Part shown: positions 18,485 to 29,226 of the stretch, piece after piece | Numbering within the stretch: position 1 is the first letter of the stretch | Layout: every line of letters begins with the position of its first letter | Assembly (NCBI GenBank): GCA_039815185.1 | Contig: JBCBZT010000001.1 | Location: 192,001-256,000, forward strand | Reading direction: 5' to 3' | Source of the DNA: Cyanobacteria bacterium P01_A01_bin.123 | GTDB lineage: Bacteria > Cyanobacteriota > Cyanobacteriia > Phormidesmidales > Phormidesmidaceae | DNA length: 64,000 bases | Translations under genes and position numbers: made by a program | Notes under the pieces: model-generated | The model's input: the letters and a program-made list of their open reading frames with translations, nothing else | What the model was told of the DNA's origin: nothing | The model's database searches: none

Positions 18485-20701
18485 ATGCAACATTCCGTTG
18501 ATGACCCTATTTCTTCATCAAGTACTGGCCGTAAATCTAAGTCAGTATCCACCAATAACAAGATTCTGGTGATCGATGACTCTCCGGGCAATCTCCGAGT
18601 ACTCTCTGTAGCCCTAGCTCACCACGATTATGACGTGCGCTGTGCCAAAAGCGGAGCCATGGCTTTTCAGTCGATGGCGCAAGAGCTCCCCAATTTAATC
18701 CTGCTGGATATCCGTATGCCCGACATAGATGGCTATACGGTTTGTCGGCAGATCAAAGCTAATCCCATGACTCAAGAAATCCCCGTGATTTTCATCAGCG
18801 CTTCGGATGAAGTTCTAGATAAAGTCCAAGCTTTTGCCAGTGGTGGTGTTGACTACATTGCCAAACCCTTTCAGATAGAAGAGGTTTTGGTCCGAGTCAG
18901 AAATCAACTGGAACTGCAATCAACTCGGGCCAGACTTGATCAACTCAACAATGAGCTTGAACAACGAGTGTTACTCCGCACGCAGCAACTCCAATCGGTG
19001 AATCAACGACTTAAGGCCAGTGAAGAGAGGTTAGAAAGCATTTTAGATACGCTCGAAGATGTGGTTTGGTCAGCGTCGATCGATCCGTTTCAAATCTTGT
19101 ATCTCAACCCAGCCGCTGCAACCCTTTATCAACGCCCCATAGAAGATTTCTTAATGAATAGTAATCTGTGGTTCGAGGTGATTCATCCTAGCAATCGGGC
19201 GGAGGTGATGGAGTCTATCAGAACGATTGCAAGTCGAGGTAATCTCGATATTGAATACCGCATTCTCTGCCATAGTGGGGAAACTCGTTGGGTGCGAAAT
19301 CGCAGTCGCCTAATTGCCACCGACGATGCTTTGCCGCTTCGGATAGAAGGCATTATCTCTGACATCAGCGATCGCAAACGGGCAGAACAGCAACTCATGC
19401 ATGATGCTCTGCATGACGCTCTCACCCAACTCCCGAATCGCACCCTGTTTATTGAGCGCATTGAGCGTGCCTTGAAGCGCAAAAATCGGCAGCCAGACTA
19501 TACCTTTGCCATTCTTTTTATTGATCTGGATCGCTTCAAAGTTGTCAACGATAGCTTAGGTCATGGGGTAGGCGATCGCCTCCTAGTCGAAGTTGCCAAG
19601 CGCCTACTGCAATGCACTCGCCCAGAAGATACCGTTGCCCGTTTGGGAGGGGATGAATTTACCGTCCTATTAGATGAGATTACCGATACGGCTAATGTCA
19701 TTACCTGTGTGCGGCGAATTCAGACTGAACTCAGCTTACCCCTTAACATCGCTGGAAACACCGTATTTACAAGCGCTAGCATTGGCATTGCCATCGCCAC
19801 TGAGGCTTACACAGCCGCATCAGACCTGCTACGGGATGCCGATATTGCCATGTATCGTGCCAAAGAAACTCGAAAATTTGGCTATGAGTTGTTTGACCAA
19901 GTCATGTATGCCCAAACAATGCGGCGTTTAAAGCTAGAGAACGATCTTCGCATCAGTCTAGAACGCCAGGAATTTCAACTCTACTACCAGCCAATTATCT
20001 CGCTGTCAGACCAGAAAATTTTAGGATTTGAAGCGCTACTACGATGGCAACATCCTGAAGAAGGCATGATTAGCCCTGTTGAATTTATCAATATTGCCGA
20101 GGAAACAGGGCTGATTGTTCCCCTGGGCGACTGGATTTTAGCGCAAGCCTGCCGCCAAGTCCGGCAATGGCAACAAGCTTATGAAAATCACCGTCACCTG
20201 AAAGTCAATATCAACGTTGCCAGCCAACAAATCCGTGAGCCAACCTTACTCGACACGTTAGACGAGATCCTACGTGATGTTGGCCTGTCGGGAAATTATC
20301 TGCGTCTGGAAATTACAGAAGGCACGCTAATGCAGCAGACGGAAACCACTATCAAAACCCTGAGGCAAATTCGCCAACGGGATATTCAAATCAGCATTGA
20401 TGATTTTGGTACCGGCTATTCATCTCTCAGCTATCTCAGCCGATTTCCGATTAATAATCTCAAAATCGATCAATCCTTTGTGAGTCGGATGCATCTTGAT
20501 CCAGATAGCTTTGAAATTGTGCGAACCATTACGGCCCTAGCCCATACCTTAGGGATGGATGTAACCGCTGAGGGCATTGAGCTCATCGAGCAGCTTGATC
20601 AACTCAATGTGCTGGGTTGTGAGTTAGGCCAGGGCTATTTTTTCTCACACCCCTTAGAAGCTACTGCTGCTGAAACGCTGTTGGCCACTTGGTCTCGTTA
20701 A
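18485..20701 (+). CDS. REC-PAS-GGDEF-EAL diguanylate cyclase/phosphodiesterase
   Basis: LLDIRMP receiver; ARLGGDEF; EALLRW; DDFGTGYSSL; AEGIE. Confidence 0.93.
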   Translation: MQHSVDDPISSSSTGRKSKSVSTNNKILVIDDSPGNLRVLSVALAHHDYDVRCAKSGAMAFQSMAQELPNLILLDIRMPDIDGYTVCRQIKANPMTQEIPVIFISASDEVLDKVQAFASGGVDYIAKPFQIEEVLVRVRNQLELQSTRARLDQLNNELEQRVLLRTQQLQSVNQRLKASEERLESILDTLEDVVWSASIDPFQILYLNPAAATLYQRPIEDFLMNSNLWFEVIHPSNRAEVMESIRTIASRGNLDIEYRILCHSGETRWVRNRSRLIATDDALPLRIEGIISDISDRKRAEQQLMHDALHDALTQLPNRTLFIERIERALKRKNRQPDYTFAILFIDLDRFKVVNDSLGHGVGDRLLVEVAKRLLQCTRPEDTVARLGGDEFTVLLDEITDTANVITCVRRIQTELSLPLNIAGNTVFTSASIGIAIATEAYTAASDLLRDADIAMYRAKETRKFGYELFDQVMYAQTMRRLKLENDLRISLERQEFQLYYQPIISLSDQKILGFEALLRWQHPEEGMISPVEFINIAEETGLIVPLGDWILAQACRQVRQWQQAYENHRHLKVNINVASQQIREPTLLDTLDEILRDVGLSGNYLRLEITEGTLMQQTETTIKTLRQIRQRDIQISIDDFGTGYSSLSYLSRFPINNLKIDQSFVSRMHLDPDSFEIVRTITALAHTLGMDVTAEGIELIEQLDQLNVLGCELGQGYFFSHPLEATAAETLLATWSR

Positions 20702-20782
20702 TGAGCGTTAACCTGCGTCCAGAACCCAACGTGGAAACGGTTGATACCTCAATAACACTTGGGGAATTGCGTTTGGCTGGGG

Positions 20783-22171
20783 TCAAGGTTTAGAACAAGC
20801 GTTAACTAATTTTTCGGGTAACTCAATCCGGTGCCCCCATTGCAGGTGAATGTAGGACGCGTGGACATTATGAGAAGCCCAGCCTTCTGAGTTGATCGGA
20901 CTTTGGGGATGATAGCCACGCGTTTCGTAAAGTGGAGCAGGGGGAGAATGGCTGAGGTGAGAGCGATGAAATTCGTGTCCCCAAACTTCAGCACCTGAAT
21001 TCACGAGGGGGGTGTCTTGTTGGGCGATCGCGCGTCGATAGCCCAATACTAAGCGATCGCCCATAATTGCGTCTGTCGCTAAACTGCCTGCCATAGCCCA
21101 GGATTTACCTTCAAAATCGGTGAGGGAGTGACACAGGTACATCAAGCCACCACATTCGGCGTAGGTGGGCAGTCCAGCGGCGATCGCAGCACGGACGGCT
21201 TCACGGCCAGGTTGGTTATCGCTCAAGGCATCTGCAAAAACTTCGGGGAACCCCCCGCCAAAATATAACCCCCGGGTGCCTGGGGGTAAAGCAACCTCAT
21301 CCAGGGGACTCCAAGGGATCAATTCGGCTCCCAGCCGTTCTAATGTGGTGAGATTGTCGGCATAGTAAAAGCTAAAAGCGCGATCGCGGGCAACGGCAAT
21401 ACGTGGACGGGGGTTTGGAAGTTCTACCGCCGCTGGCCGTGAATGATGGGGCACGGGCGCAGTTGGATGCACCTGCATTGGATGTGCCTGTAACAGTGGC
21501 GTCAACTGTGACCAGTCAAAGCAAGTGCGTCCCAGTTCTGCCAGTTGAGCCACAATGTGAGCAAAGTCTTGCAGCTCGGCAGTCGGCACCAACCCGAGGT
21601 GACGATCGGGTAAAGCAATCGCCTTGTGGCGGCGCAACACGCCCAAAATGGGTAGGTGGATTGCTGCTAAAGCGGCTTGCAGCAGTTCTAGATGCCGATC
21701 GCTGGCGACTCGATTTAACACTACTCCCACTAGATTAATCTGGGGATCTAGGGTGCGAAATCCGTGGGCGATCGCTGCCACAGAGCCCGACAAGCGACTG
21801 CAATCGAGCACCAACAGCACAGGTACGTCTAGTAGACGGGCAATGTGGGCTGTGCTGCCCCAGGCATCGGTTGCAGAAGCACCACTAGCGGCCCCGTCAA
21901 ACAACCCCATGACACCTTCAATTAAGCAAAAATCAGCCCCATAGCCCTGCTGCTGATAGCACTGACACACATAAGCTTCGCTGGTGAGCACTGGGTCTAG
22001 GTTAAAGCTGGGTCGCCCAGTGACCGCTTGGTGAAACATGGGGTCGATGTAGTCTGGGCCGACCTTAAAGGCTTGGATGGACTGTCTTCGTTGGGCGATC
22101 GCGGCCAGCAGTGCCAGGGTTACCGTGGTTTTACCCACTCCACTTCGTTCCCCCGCCACGATCAACCCCAT
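20783..22171 (-). CDS. cbiA: Cobyrinate a,c-diamide synthase
   Basis: SGVGKTT, FKVGPDYIDP, EGVMGLFDG, RHLGL, AECGGLMYL, GHEFH, ASYIH. Confidence 0.95.
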   Translation of the reverse strand: MGLIVAGERSGVGKTTVTLALLAAIAQRRQSIQAFKVGPDYIDPMFHQAVTGRPSFNLDPVLTSEAYVCQCYQQQGYGADFCLIEGVMGLFDGAASGASATDAWGSTAHIARLLDVPVLLVLDCSRLSGSVAAIAHGFRTLDPQINLVGVVLNRVASDRHLELLQAALAAIHLPILGVLRRHKAIALPDRHLGLVPTAELQDFAHIVAQLAELGRTCFDWSQLTPLLQAHPMQVHPTAPVPHHSRPAAVELPNPRPRIAVARDRAFSFYYADNLTTLERLGAELIPWSPLDEVALPPGTRGLYFGGGFPEVFADALSDNQPGREAVRAAIAAGLPTYAECGGLMYLCHSLTDFEGKSWAMAGSLATDAIMGDRLVLGYRRAIAQQDTPLVNSGAEVWGHEFHRSHLSHSPPAPLYETRGYHPQSPINSEGWASHNVHASYIHLQWGHRIELPEKLVNACSKP

Positions 22172-22177
22172 TATCTT

Positions 22178-23746
22178 TTAGTCCACGGCAAACGTTTCAA
22201 CACCAGATTGGTCAGCCTTAGAGAGGGCCGTTGTCCCCACGGTGGGTTGTAGCAGCGGCGTCCGCAAAATGGAATCATTGGCTAACGTGAACAATGGATT
22301 CGACAAAATGCCTGCTAATGAAGTGGCAACCACCGCCAATACCAAGCTCACCTGGAGGGGACGCATTCCCGGCAGTTCCCAGCGAATTTCAGGATAATTT
22401 TTCACTGCGTCAGACATTTCTTGGGGTTCTTTCACCACCATCATCTTGATAACGCGAATGTAGTAATAAATCGAAATGACGCTGGTAAATAACCCCACCA
22501 GCACGAGGCCATAGGCCTCTGCTTGCCAACCCGCCCAAAAAATATAAAGCTTGCCAAAAAAGCCAGCCAGGGGTGGAATCCCGCCAAGCGAAAGCAAGCA
22601 TACGGTCAATCCCAAGGTCAGCAGCGGGTCTTTTTGATACAAACCGCTATATTCGCTGATTTGGTCAGTCCCTGTTCTCAAGGAGAACAGAATCACGCAG
22701 GTAAACCCGCCCAGGTTCATAAATAGGTAAATCAGCAGATAAAACACCATGCTGGCGTAACCCGCATCAGTACCCACGATCAACCCAATCATCACAAATC
22801 CGGCCTGCCCGATAGAAGAGTAGGCCAACATCCGCTTCATACTGGTTTGGGCCAGGGCGACTACATTACCTAGCACCATGCTGAGAATGGCCAAGGCCGT
22901 GAACACAAAGTGCCATTGCTCAGACACCAAGGGAAATGCAGTGACCAGTAGGCGAATAGCTAGGGCAAAGCCAGCCGCCTTAGACCCGACCGACAAGAAG
23001 GCCACCACTGGGGTGGGGGAGCCCTCATAAACATCGGGTGTCCACTGGTGGAAGGGCACAGCCGCAATTTTGAAGGCGATACCCGCAATCACAAACACCA
23101 AGGCCACCACCAAACCGATGGGTGCCTCGCTGCCATCCGCGAAAATATTGGCCGCGATCGCAGACAATTCCGTCTCGCCACCCGACAACCCGTAAAGCAA
23201 AGAAATGCCGTACAGGAAAATTGCCGAACTCGCTGCCCCAATCAGCAAGTACTTCAAGGCCGCTTCGTTAGAGCGCGGATCCCGCTTCATGTATCCCGTT
23301 AGCAGATACGACGAAATACTCAGGGTTTCCAACGACACAAAGATCATGACCAACTCATCAGCGCCAGAGAGGAACATGCCCCCTAGGGTAGCCGTGAGCA
23401 AAATCACCAAAAACTCTGCCAGAGAGGTGCCCGATTGCTCAATATAGCGAATAGACATAGGCACCGTTGTCGCCGCTGCCAGGGCAATAATGCCCCGAAA
23501 TACGACACTTAAGTCATCACCGTTGAAGGCGCCTAAGAAGGCCACAGGTGAGGTCGCACCCCACTGAAAGGCGAGGGCTACGACGGCGGTAATTAAACCC
23601 GCGATCGCCACATAAGGCGTCCATTTGGCAGAACTGCGACCCACAATCAGGTCGCCGACTAAGATCACAAGCAACGTCACGATGACAATGCCCTCAGGCA
23701 AAATCGCCCCGGCGTTGAGTTGGGCAGTGAGATTGGCAAAATCCAT
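22178..23746 (-). CDS. ndhB: NDH-1 subunit NdhB (NuoN)
   Basis: [52 protein letters not shown]. Confidence 0.98.
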   Translation of the reverse strand: MDFANLTAQLNAGAILPEGIVIVTLLVILVGDLIVGRSSAKWTPYVAIAGLITAVVALAFQWGATSPVAFLGAFNGDDLSVVFRGIIALAAATTVPMSIRYIEQSGTSLAEFLVILLTATLGGMFLSGADELVMIFVSLETLSISSYLLTGYMKRDPRSNEAALKYLLIGAASSAIFLYGISLLYGLSGGETELSAIAANIFADGSEAPIGLVVALVFVIAGIAFKIAAVPFHQWTPDVYEGSPTPVVAFLSVGSKAAGFALAIRLLVTAFPLVSEQWHFVFTALAILSMVLGNVVALAQTSMKRMLAYSSIGQAGFVMIGLIVGTDAGYASMVFYLLIYLFMNLGGFTCVILFSLRTGTDQISEYSGLYQKDPLLTLGLTVCLLSLGGIPPLAGFFGKLYIFWAGWQAEAYGLVLVGLFTSVISIYYYIRVIKMMVVKEPQEMSDAVKNYPEIRWELPGMRPLQVSLVLAVVATSLAGILSNPLFTLANDSILRTPLLQPTVGTTALSKADQSGVETFAVD

Positions 23747-24300
23747 ATATTTTCGGCGATCGGGACAGTAAGGTCTCAGGGATAATGCTAAGGCAAATTC
23801 TGATCCGCAATGACAGCAGCCCTAGATAGAACGGGCTCTGAGAGCAAATTCAAATTAGACAGCCTTACATTGAGTTTCTTAACTTCAGTGTATTCGCTTT
23901 GGATTTTACCGCGGATCTTTGCGTAACCTGAGATCCATGGGGTGTATTTTCCTGATTTTCTTTAATCTCCCGCTCAAGTAGACCACAATAAGGCCGTGGC
24001 AAGGTTAAACCGCGTTGCCAGAGCAGTAAGTAGGACTCGCAACCACACAAACCACGATGTCAATTGCTATAAGTGAGAAAAAATGCGGCGATCGCACTGC
24101 GGGCACAATTGCTGTGGACGGGAGTCTCGCTTTCGAGATATCGGTATATATATGATATCTGGGTAGATTCATAGGTATGGTATCTGAGCAGGCTCCCAAA
24201 TCTGCCCTAGATTATTGAGATTCTCAAGCAACCCTTGACATTAGCCAAGGATTGAAATCTGAATTAGTTTTGAATAACCGTCTGAAACCTCTGCAGCCCT

Positions 24301-27096
24301 ATGTCCACTCTGGTCATCGTTGAGTCACCGACAAAAGCCAAAACCATTCGCAACTACTTGCCACCGGGATATCGTGTCGAGGCATCCATGGGGCATGTCC
24401 GCGATCTACCCAGATCTGCCAGCGAAATTCCGCCTGCGGTTAAAGGCGAAAAGTGGGCTCAGCTCGGCGTTAATCCCGATGCTGATTTTGACCCCCTTTA
24501 CGTGGTACCCAAAGATAAAAAAAAGGTTGTCAAAGGGCTCAAAGATGCCCTCAAAGGGGTGGATGAGCTGGTGCTGGCCACTGACGAAGACCGCGAGGGA
24601 GAGAGCATCAGCTGGCACTTGCTGCAAGTGCTCAAGCCCAAGGTGCCGATCAAGCGCATGGTCTTTCACGAAATTACTGAAACTGCCATTCAGAACGCGC
24701 TTCAAAATTGCCGCAGCATTGATGATCAGTTAGTCCGAGCCCAGGAAACGCGCCGGATTCTTGATCGCTTGGTGGGTTACACGTTATCGCCCCTACTTTG
24801 GAAAAAAATTGCTTTTGGCCTTTCGGCTGGACGGGTGCAGTCAGTAGCCGTCCGGTTGCTCGTTAAGCGTGAGCGCCAGCGACGCGCCTTTAGGCGAGGC
24901 TCCTACTGGGATCTCAAAGCTACCCTGCACCACGAACAAAGCGACTTTGAATCCAAACTGGTTGCCCTCGGCGGCAAGCGGCTCGCCACAGGAAGCGACT
25001 TCGACGAATCCACTGGACGCATCACTGAAGGGCGCGATGTGTTGCTGCTGGGTGAATCAGAAGCCCGGGCCCTGCAACAGCGTCTCGCCGAAAGCCCTTG
25101 GACTGTTACCAACCTGGAAGAACGGCCGTCGACTCGCAAACCGTCACCCCCGTTTACCACCTCAACCCTGCAGCAAGAGGCCAACCGCAAGCTACGCCTC
25201 TCGGCCCGTGAAACCATGCGAGTTGCCCAAAATCTCTATGAGCAGGGCTACATCACCTACATGAGGACAGATTCAGTAAATTTGTCCCAGCAGGCTGTTG
25301 CCGCCGCCCGCAGCTGTGTGGAAGCCAAATATGGCAAAAACTATCTCAGCCCCAAACCCCGGCAATACGCCACCAAATCTAAGGGGGCTCAAGAAGCACA
25401 CGAAGCCATTCGGCCCGCTGGCGGAATTTTTCGCACCCCCCAAGAGACCGGGCTTTCTGGTCGAGAACTTAACCTCTATGATCTAATTTGGAAACGCACC
25501 GTCGCCACCCAAATGGCGGAGGCACGGCAGACTCACATCACCGCCCATATCGAAGTGGACGACGCTAGCTTTAGATCCACAGGCAAACGGATTGACTTCC
25601 CCGGCTTCTTTCGCGCCTATGTTGAGGGGTCGGATGATCCCGATGCGGCTTTGGAAGACCGGGAGGTGGTTCTACCTAATCTGAAAGCTGGCGATCACCC
25701 CGAATGCCGAGAACTGGAGCCCATCGGCCATGAAACTCAACCCCCGGCTCGCTTCACTGAAGCATCTCTCGTCAAGACTCTAGAGAGTGAAGGCATTGGG
25801 CGGCCGAGTACTTATGCCAGTGTGATTGGCACCATCATTGATCGGGGTTATGCCCAACTGATCAACAACAGCTTGACCCCCACGTTCACTGCTTTTGCAG
25901 TGACCGAACTGTTAGAAAAGCATTTCCCTGACCTGGTTGATCTGGGTTTCACGGCTCGCATGGAGCAAACCCTAGATGATATTTCTACTGGGGAGGCTGC
26001 CTGGCTACCTTACCTCAAAGATTTTTATTCTGGTGATGATGGCTTAGCGGGCCAAGTTAACCAGCGCCAAGATCAAATCGACCCTGCTGAGGCCCGTACA
26101 GTGGATTTGTCCGATTTGGATGCGAAGGTGCGCATTGGTCGCTATGGTGCCTATCTGGAAGTCGAAAAAGAAGATGGCCCGGTCAAAGCTTCCATTCCTC
26201 AAGATGTGACCCCAGCAGATCTAGACCCTGCCCAGGTAGAACTGCTGCTGAAGCAAAAAACAGAAGGCCCTGATAAGGTCGGCCTCCATCCCGAGACAGG
26301 AGAGCCCATTTACGTGTTAGTAGGCACCTATGGCCCCTATGTGCAGCTGGGTGATGTCACTGAGGAAGTACCCAAACCCAAACGCGCTTCCCTGCCTAAA
26401 GGGGTAGGGTTAACGGATGTCACATTAGAGATGGCCGTTGGCCTGTTGGCTTTGCCTAGGCTCTTGGGTCTCCACCCTGAAACGGGGGCAAAAATTAAGG
26501 CTAGTCTGGGGCGATTTGGCCCCTATGTGGTTCACGATCAAGGCAAAGAGGGCAAAGACTATCGGTCGATCAAAGGCGATGATGACGTACTCACCATCAC
26601 CCTAGAGCGGGCTTTGCAGATGTTGGCAGAACCTAAAGCCACACGCGGTCGACGCAAGGCAGCCACGCCGCTGCGAGAGTTGGGCAACCATCCTGAAGAC
26701 GAAGAACCGATCAATATTTACGACGGTCCCTACGGTCTCTACATCAAGCATGGCAAAACAAATGCCTCCTTACCGGAGGGTAAAAAGGCTGAGGACATGA
26801 CCTTAGCGCTAGCCTTAGAACTGCTTGAGGCGAAGGAATCAACTAAAAAGACCCGTCGCAAATCAACAGCTAACAGTAAGAAGTCTTCAACGACGAAGGC
26901 AAAGACGGGCACCAAAACGACACGCACCAAGAAGTCTTCGACGACAGCTAAAACGACTAAGGCCAGCAGTTCTAAAACAGGGACGACTAAAACAGGAACA
27001 ACCAAAACTAGCGCATCAAAGTCCAAGACCACAGCTAAGAAATCCACAAGCCGCAAGTCACCTTCCTCTGAGTCGGAAGACTCCAAAGCATCATAG
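24301..27096 (+). CDS. topA: DNA topoisomerase I with Lys/Thr/Ser-rich C-terminal tail
   Basis: [52 protein letters not shown]-terminal repeats. Confidence 0.98.
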   Translation: MSTLVIVESPTKAKTIRNYLPPGYRVEASMGHVRDLPRSASEIPPAVKGEKWAQLGVNPDADFDPLYVVPKDKKKVVKGLKDALKGVDELVLATDEDREGESISWHLLQVLKPKVPIKRMVFHEITETAIQNALQNCRSIDDQLVRAQETRRILDRLVGYTLSPLLWKKIAFGLSAGRVQSVAVRLLVKRERQRRAFRRGSYWDLKATLHHEQSDFESKLVALGGKRLATGSDFDESTGRITEGRDVLLLGESEARALQQRLAESPWTVTNLEERPSTRKPSPPFTTSTLQQEANRKLRLSARETMRVAQNLYEQGYITYMRTDSVNLSQQAVAAARSCVEAKYGKNYLSPKPRQYATKSKGAQEAHEAIRPAGGIFRTPQETGLSGRELNLYDLIWKRTVATQMAEARQTHITAHIEVDDASFRSTGKRIDFPGFFRAYVEGSDDPDAALEDREVVLPNLKAGDHPECRELEPIGHETQPPARFTEASLVKTLESEGIGRPSTYASVIGTIIDRGYAQLINNSLTPTFTAFAVTELLEKHFPDLVDLGFTARMEQTLDDISTGEAAWLPYLKDFYSGDDGLAGQVNQRQDQIDPAEARTVDLSDLDAKVRIGRYGAYLEVEKEDGPVKASIPQDVTPADLDPAQVELLLKQKTEGPDKVGLHPETGEPIYVLVGTYGPYVQLGDVTEEVPKPKRASLPKGVGLTDVTLEMAVGLLALPRLLGLHPETGAKIKASLGRFGPYVVHDQGKEGKDYRSIKGDDDVLTITLERALQMLAEPKATRGRRKAATPLRELGNHPEDEEPINIYDGPYGLYIKHGKTNASLPEGKKAEDMTLALALELLEAKESTKKTRRKSTANSKKSSTTKAKTGTKTTRTKKSSTTAKTTKASSSKTGTTKTGTTKTSASKSKTTAKKSTSRKSPSSESEDSKAS

Positions 27097-27108
27097 GCTA
27101 ATGCAAAG

Positions 27109-27134
27109 AAAAAGCCCCTGAATTTCAGGGGCTT
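27109..27134. terminator. Intrinsic terminator between topA and the convergent gene
   Basis: AAGCCCCTGA-att-TCAGGGGCTT hairpin; A-tract on the left gives a U-tract on the minus strand. Confidence 0.75.
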
Positions 27135-27185
27135 GCACTCGTTGTGTAATCTCTCAAATGTTCGGGCTGAGGCAAAGGGAAATTT

Positions 27186-27404
27186 TTATGCGATCGCAGA
27201 CAGTTTGTTTACGATCCGAAATTGACCGAGGCTAGCAGCCCTGAGTAAACGATTCAAGGCTAGGCGTTCGTCATCAGTCAAGTTCTCGTTAAAAGTAGCG
27301 GCAAGCAAACCATATCGATCAGCTAAGGTGATCTCACCCGTCTGGGTAATTTGAGCAAACAGTTCAGAGATGGCTTGGGGTAGGAGGCACATTGTCAGAG
27401 TCAT
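27186..27404 (-). CDS. Small cyanobacterial hypothetical protein
   Basis: LLPQAISELFA...GEITLADRYGLLAA...ERLALNRLL resembles a common small cyanobacterial family (recalled). Confidence 0.7.
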   Translation of the reverse strand: MTLTMCLLPQAISELFAQITQTGEITLADRYGLLAATFNENLTDDERLALNRLLRAASLGQFRIVNKLSAIA

Positions 27405-27597
27405 GGCAGCTAGCGCGGTGAGGCGTTCAGTTCGTCGATAGTTCTATTGTGCTGGATGATGATTCTTTTCTGGGTGACCTTAAAACGCTGACACTGTGAT
27501 GTTTTAGCTGCTGTGAGGTAATCCAAATCGCGCTGGGGTGTGATCTGGATTACGACTTCCCTATACACTACTGGAATGGATTCAAAGGCCCCTCGCG

Positions 27598-28182
27598 ATG
27601 AAATCCCCATGGCGTTTGCGTGACTATGTGTTTGCTGCCTTCATGACCATCGGTATGGTGGCGTCAGTGTTTGTGATTGGGCCGTTTGTCCCACCGTTTC
27701 TAGATTTGGTGGCTTGGGCACCGTTTGGCGGCATTTTTTTAACCCTAGGCATGGCTAGGCTCCAACACAGGGGTAGTATTGCCCTGATGATTTTGCCCCT
27801 AGCGCTTTTACTAGCACCGCTGTCTCTCTTCATTACGCTCTATCTGGTGCTGACGACAGTGGTGGCTGAGGTAGTTGTGTTTTTCTGTGGCAATTATCGC
27901 GCTAAGCGCAATCGCTTACTGGGCACCGTTGTCTTCTTTGTCAGCGCTGTTGTGATTGGGCTAGGCAGCATTGTACTGTTGGCAAATCTGGTTAATGCTG
28001 GCACGGTACCGGGCGATGGATTAGCGGAAATGCTGAGCAAATTTGCTACCCTTTTGAACAACCCTTGGCTGATTGGGGTATTGGCTATCGTGACAGGCAT
28101 ACTGGGCACAGTTGGCTGGTGGATGGGCGAAAAAATTGTGCAGCAGTTGAGACGAGCGGGCAAGCTGGATGCTGACTCGTAA
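27598..28182 (+). CDS. Putative ECF transporter S component
   Basis: Hydrophobic multi-TM protein ending LRRAGKL; overlaps the ecfT-like gene. Confidence 0.7.
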   Translation: MKSPWRLRDYVFAAFMTIGMVASVFVIGPFVPPFLDLVAWAPFGGIFLTLGMARLQHRGSIALMILPLALLLAPLSLFITLYLVLTTVVAEVVVFFCGNYRAKRNRLLGTVVFFVSAVVIGLGSIVLLANLVNAGTVPGDGLAEMLSKFATLLNNPWLIGVLAIVTGILGTVGWWMGEKIVQQLRRAGKLDADS

Positions 28183-28870
28183 GCGATCGCCGCGTCAGGA
28201 TCGCCTACTGAACTCAGTCAATCCTTTTCTCAAGATGGGCTTGAGTCTGATTTTGCTGGGGTTAGCCCTGTTCTTAAAGCAGATTTGGACAATGCTGGCC
28301 CTAGTTGGCGGGTTGCTGCTGCTATTGACTCAGATTCAAGTCTCCCGGTTTGCACTGCTCTATGGGGTGTTGACGTTGGCGATGTTTACCGCCACCTCGG
28401 CTTGGCTGTTAGGCGATTGGGGGATTGCTGCATTCAGTACGTTGCGACTGCTGGCGATCGTGTTACCTACCCCCGTTCTGACCCTAACGACCCCGCCAGC
28501 GGATTTGATTCGAGCGCTGCAAACCATCCGCCTGCCCAGCTTTTTGACCCTGGGCTTGATGCTAATCTGGCGATTTTTCCCGTTGATGCAGCAAGAACTC
28601 CAGCGAATTTGGGAAGCTAACCAACTGCGGGGCATTGATCTCAGCTGTCGGCCGACCCAGTGGTTTTCGGGGTTGATGGTGCCGCTGGTGTTTCAAATGG
28701 TGGCCTATGCCGATGAGGTCACCATTGGCTTGCAAACGCGCGGGTATTCGCCGACGGAGCGGCGCAGCAACAGCCAGCCGATGGCGTGGGGGGGGAGGGA
28801 TACGGTGTTTTGTGTCGGGGCGTTGTTGTGTGTGGGCGTGGTGGGGTATCTGGAGTGGGGGACCGGGTGA
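28169..28870 (+). CDS. ECF transporter T component (CbiQ/EcfT)
   Basis: RFFP...ANQLRG and LQTRGY coupling-helix motifs. Confidence 0.88.
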   Translation: MLTRKRSPRQDRLLNSVNPFLKMGLSLILLGLALFLKQIWTMLALVGGLLLLLTQIQVSRFALLYGVLTLAMFTATSAWLLGDWGIAAFSTLRLLAIVLPTPVLTLTTPPADLIRALQTIRLPSFLTLGLMLIWRFFPLMQQELQRIWEANQLRGIDLSCRPTQWFSGLMVPLVFQMVAYADEVTIGLQTRGYSPTERRSNSQPMAWGGRDTVFCVGALLCVGVVGYLEWGTG

Positions 28871-28939
28871 CAAAAGACGCTCAATGTTGAAGCTGCTTAG
28901 ACGGAGTGAATGAACTACCAGCGATCGCCTCGTAGAAGA

Positions 28940-29044
28940 TATAGCGCTGGCCAGATTGCTTAATGCACCTAGTCTCGCTGGGATGCTGAGTACACAAGCA
29001 ATCTGGCTTGCCGTAGCGCACGAAGCTTTGTGGCCACGGCTATA
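28940..29044 (-). mobile_element. ~105-bp MITE-like element (inverted copy)
   Basis: TATAGC...GCTATA ends; internal perfect 12-bp inverted repeat GCCAGATTGCTT/AAGCAATCTGGC. Confidence 0.8.
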
Positions 29045-29226
29045 TCCTGCAAGCCCCTTGCCATTGAAACGCAACGAATCATAACTTTACAAAAATTAGT
29101 TTCCATAGGCGAACTGTTTGAGCGCCGGGAATACTTAGCGCATTAATTCAGTTCGAGTTTCCTAGAATCTCAAAGCCATCTATACCTAAAACCCTAAGAT
29201 TCATTTCATTCAAGCTCTTTTTAGAC

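Noticed and set aside
26840..27090. Low-complexity K/T/S tail of TopA and overlapping shadow ORFs
   Set aside because: Basic tails are usual for this TopA type; the shadow ORFs reflect codon bias
27405..27597. Possible cobalamin or other riboswitch upstream of the ECF genes
   Set aside because: No B12-box, TPP or other conserved riboswitch motif recognised by eye; an Rfam scan would settle it
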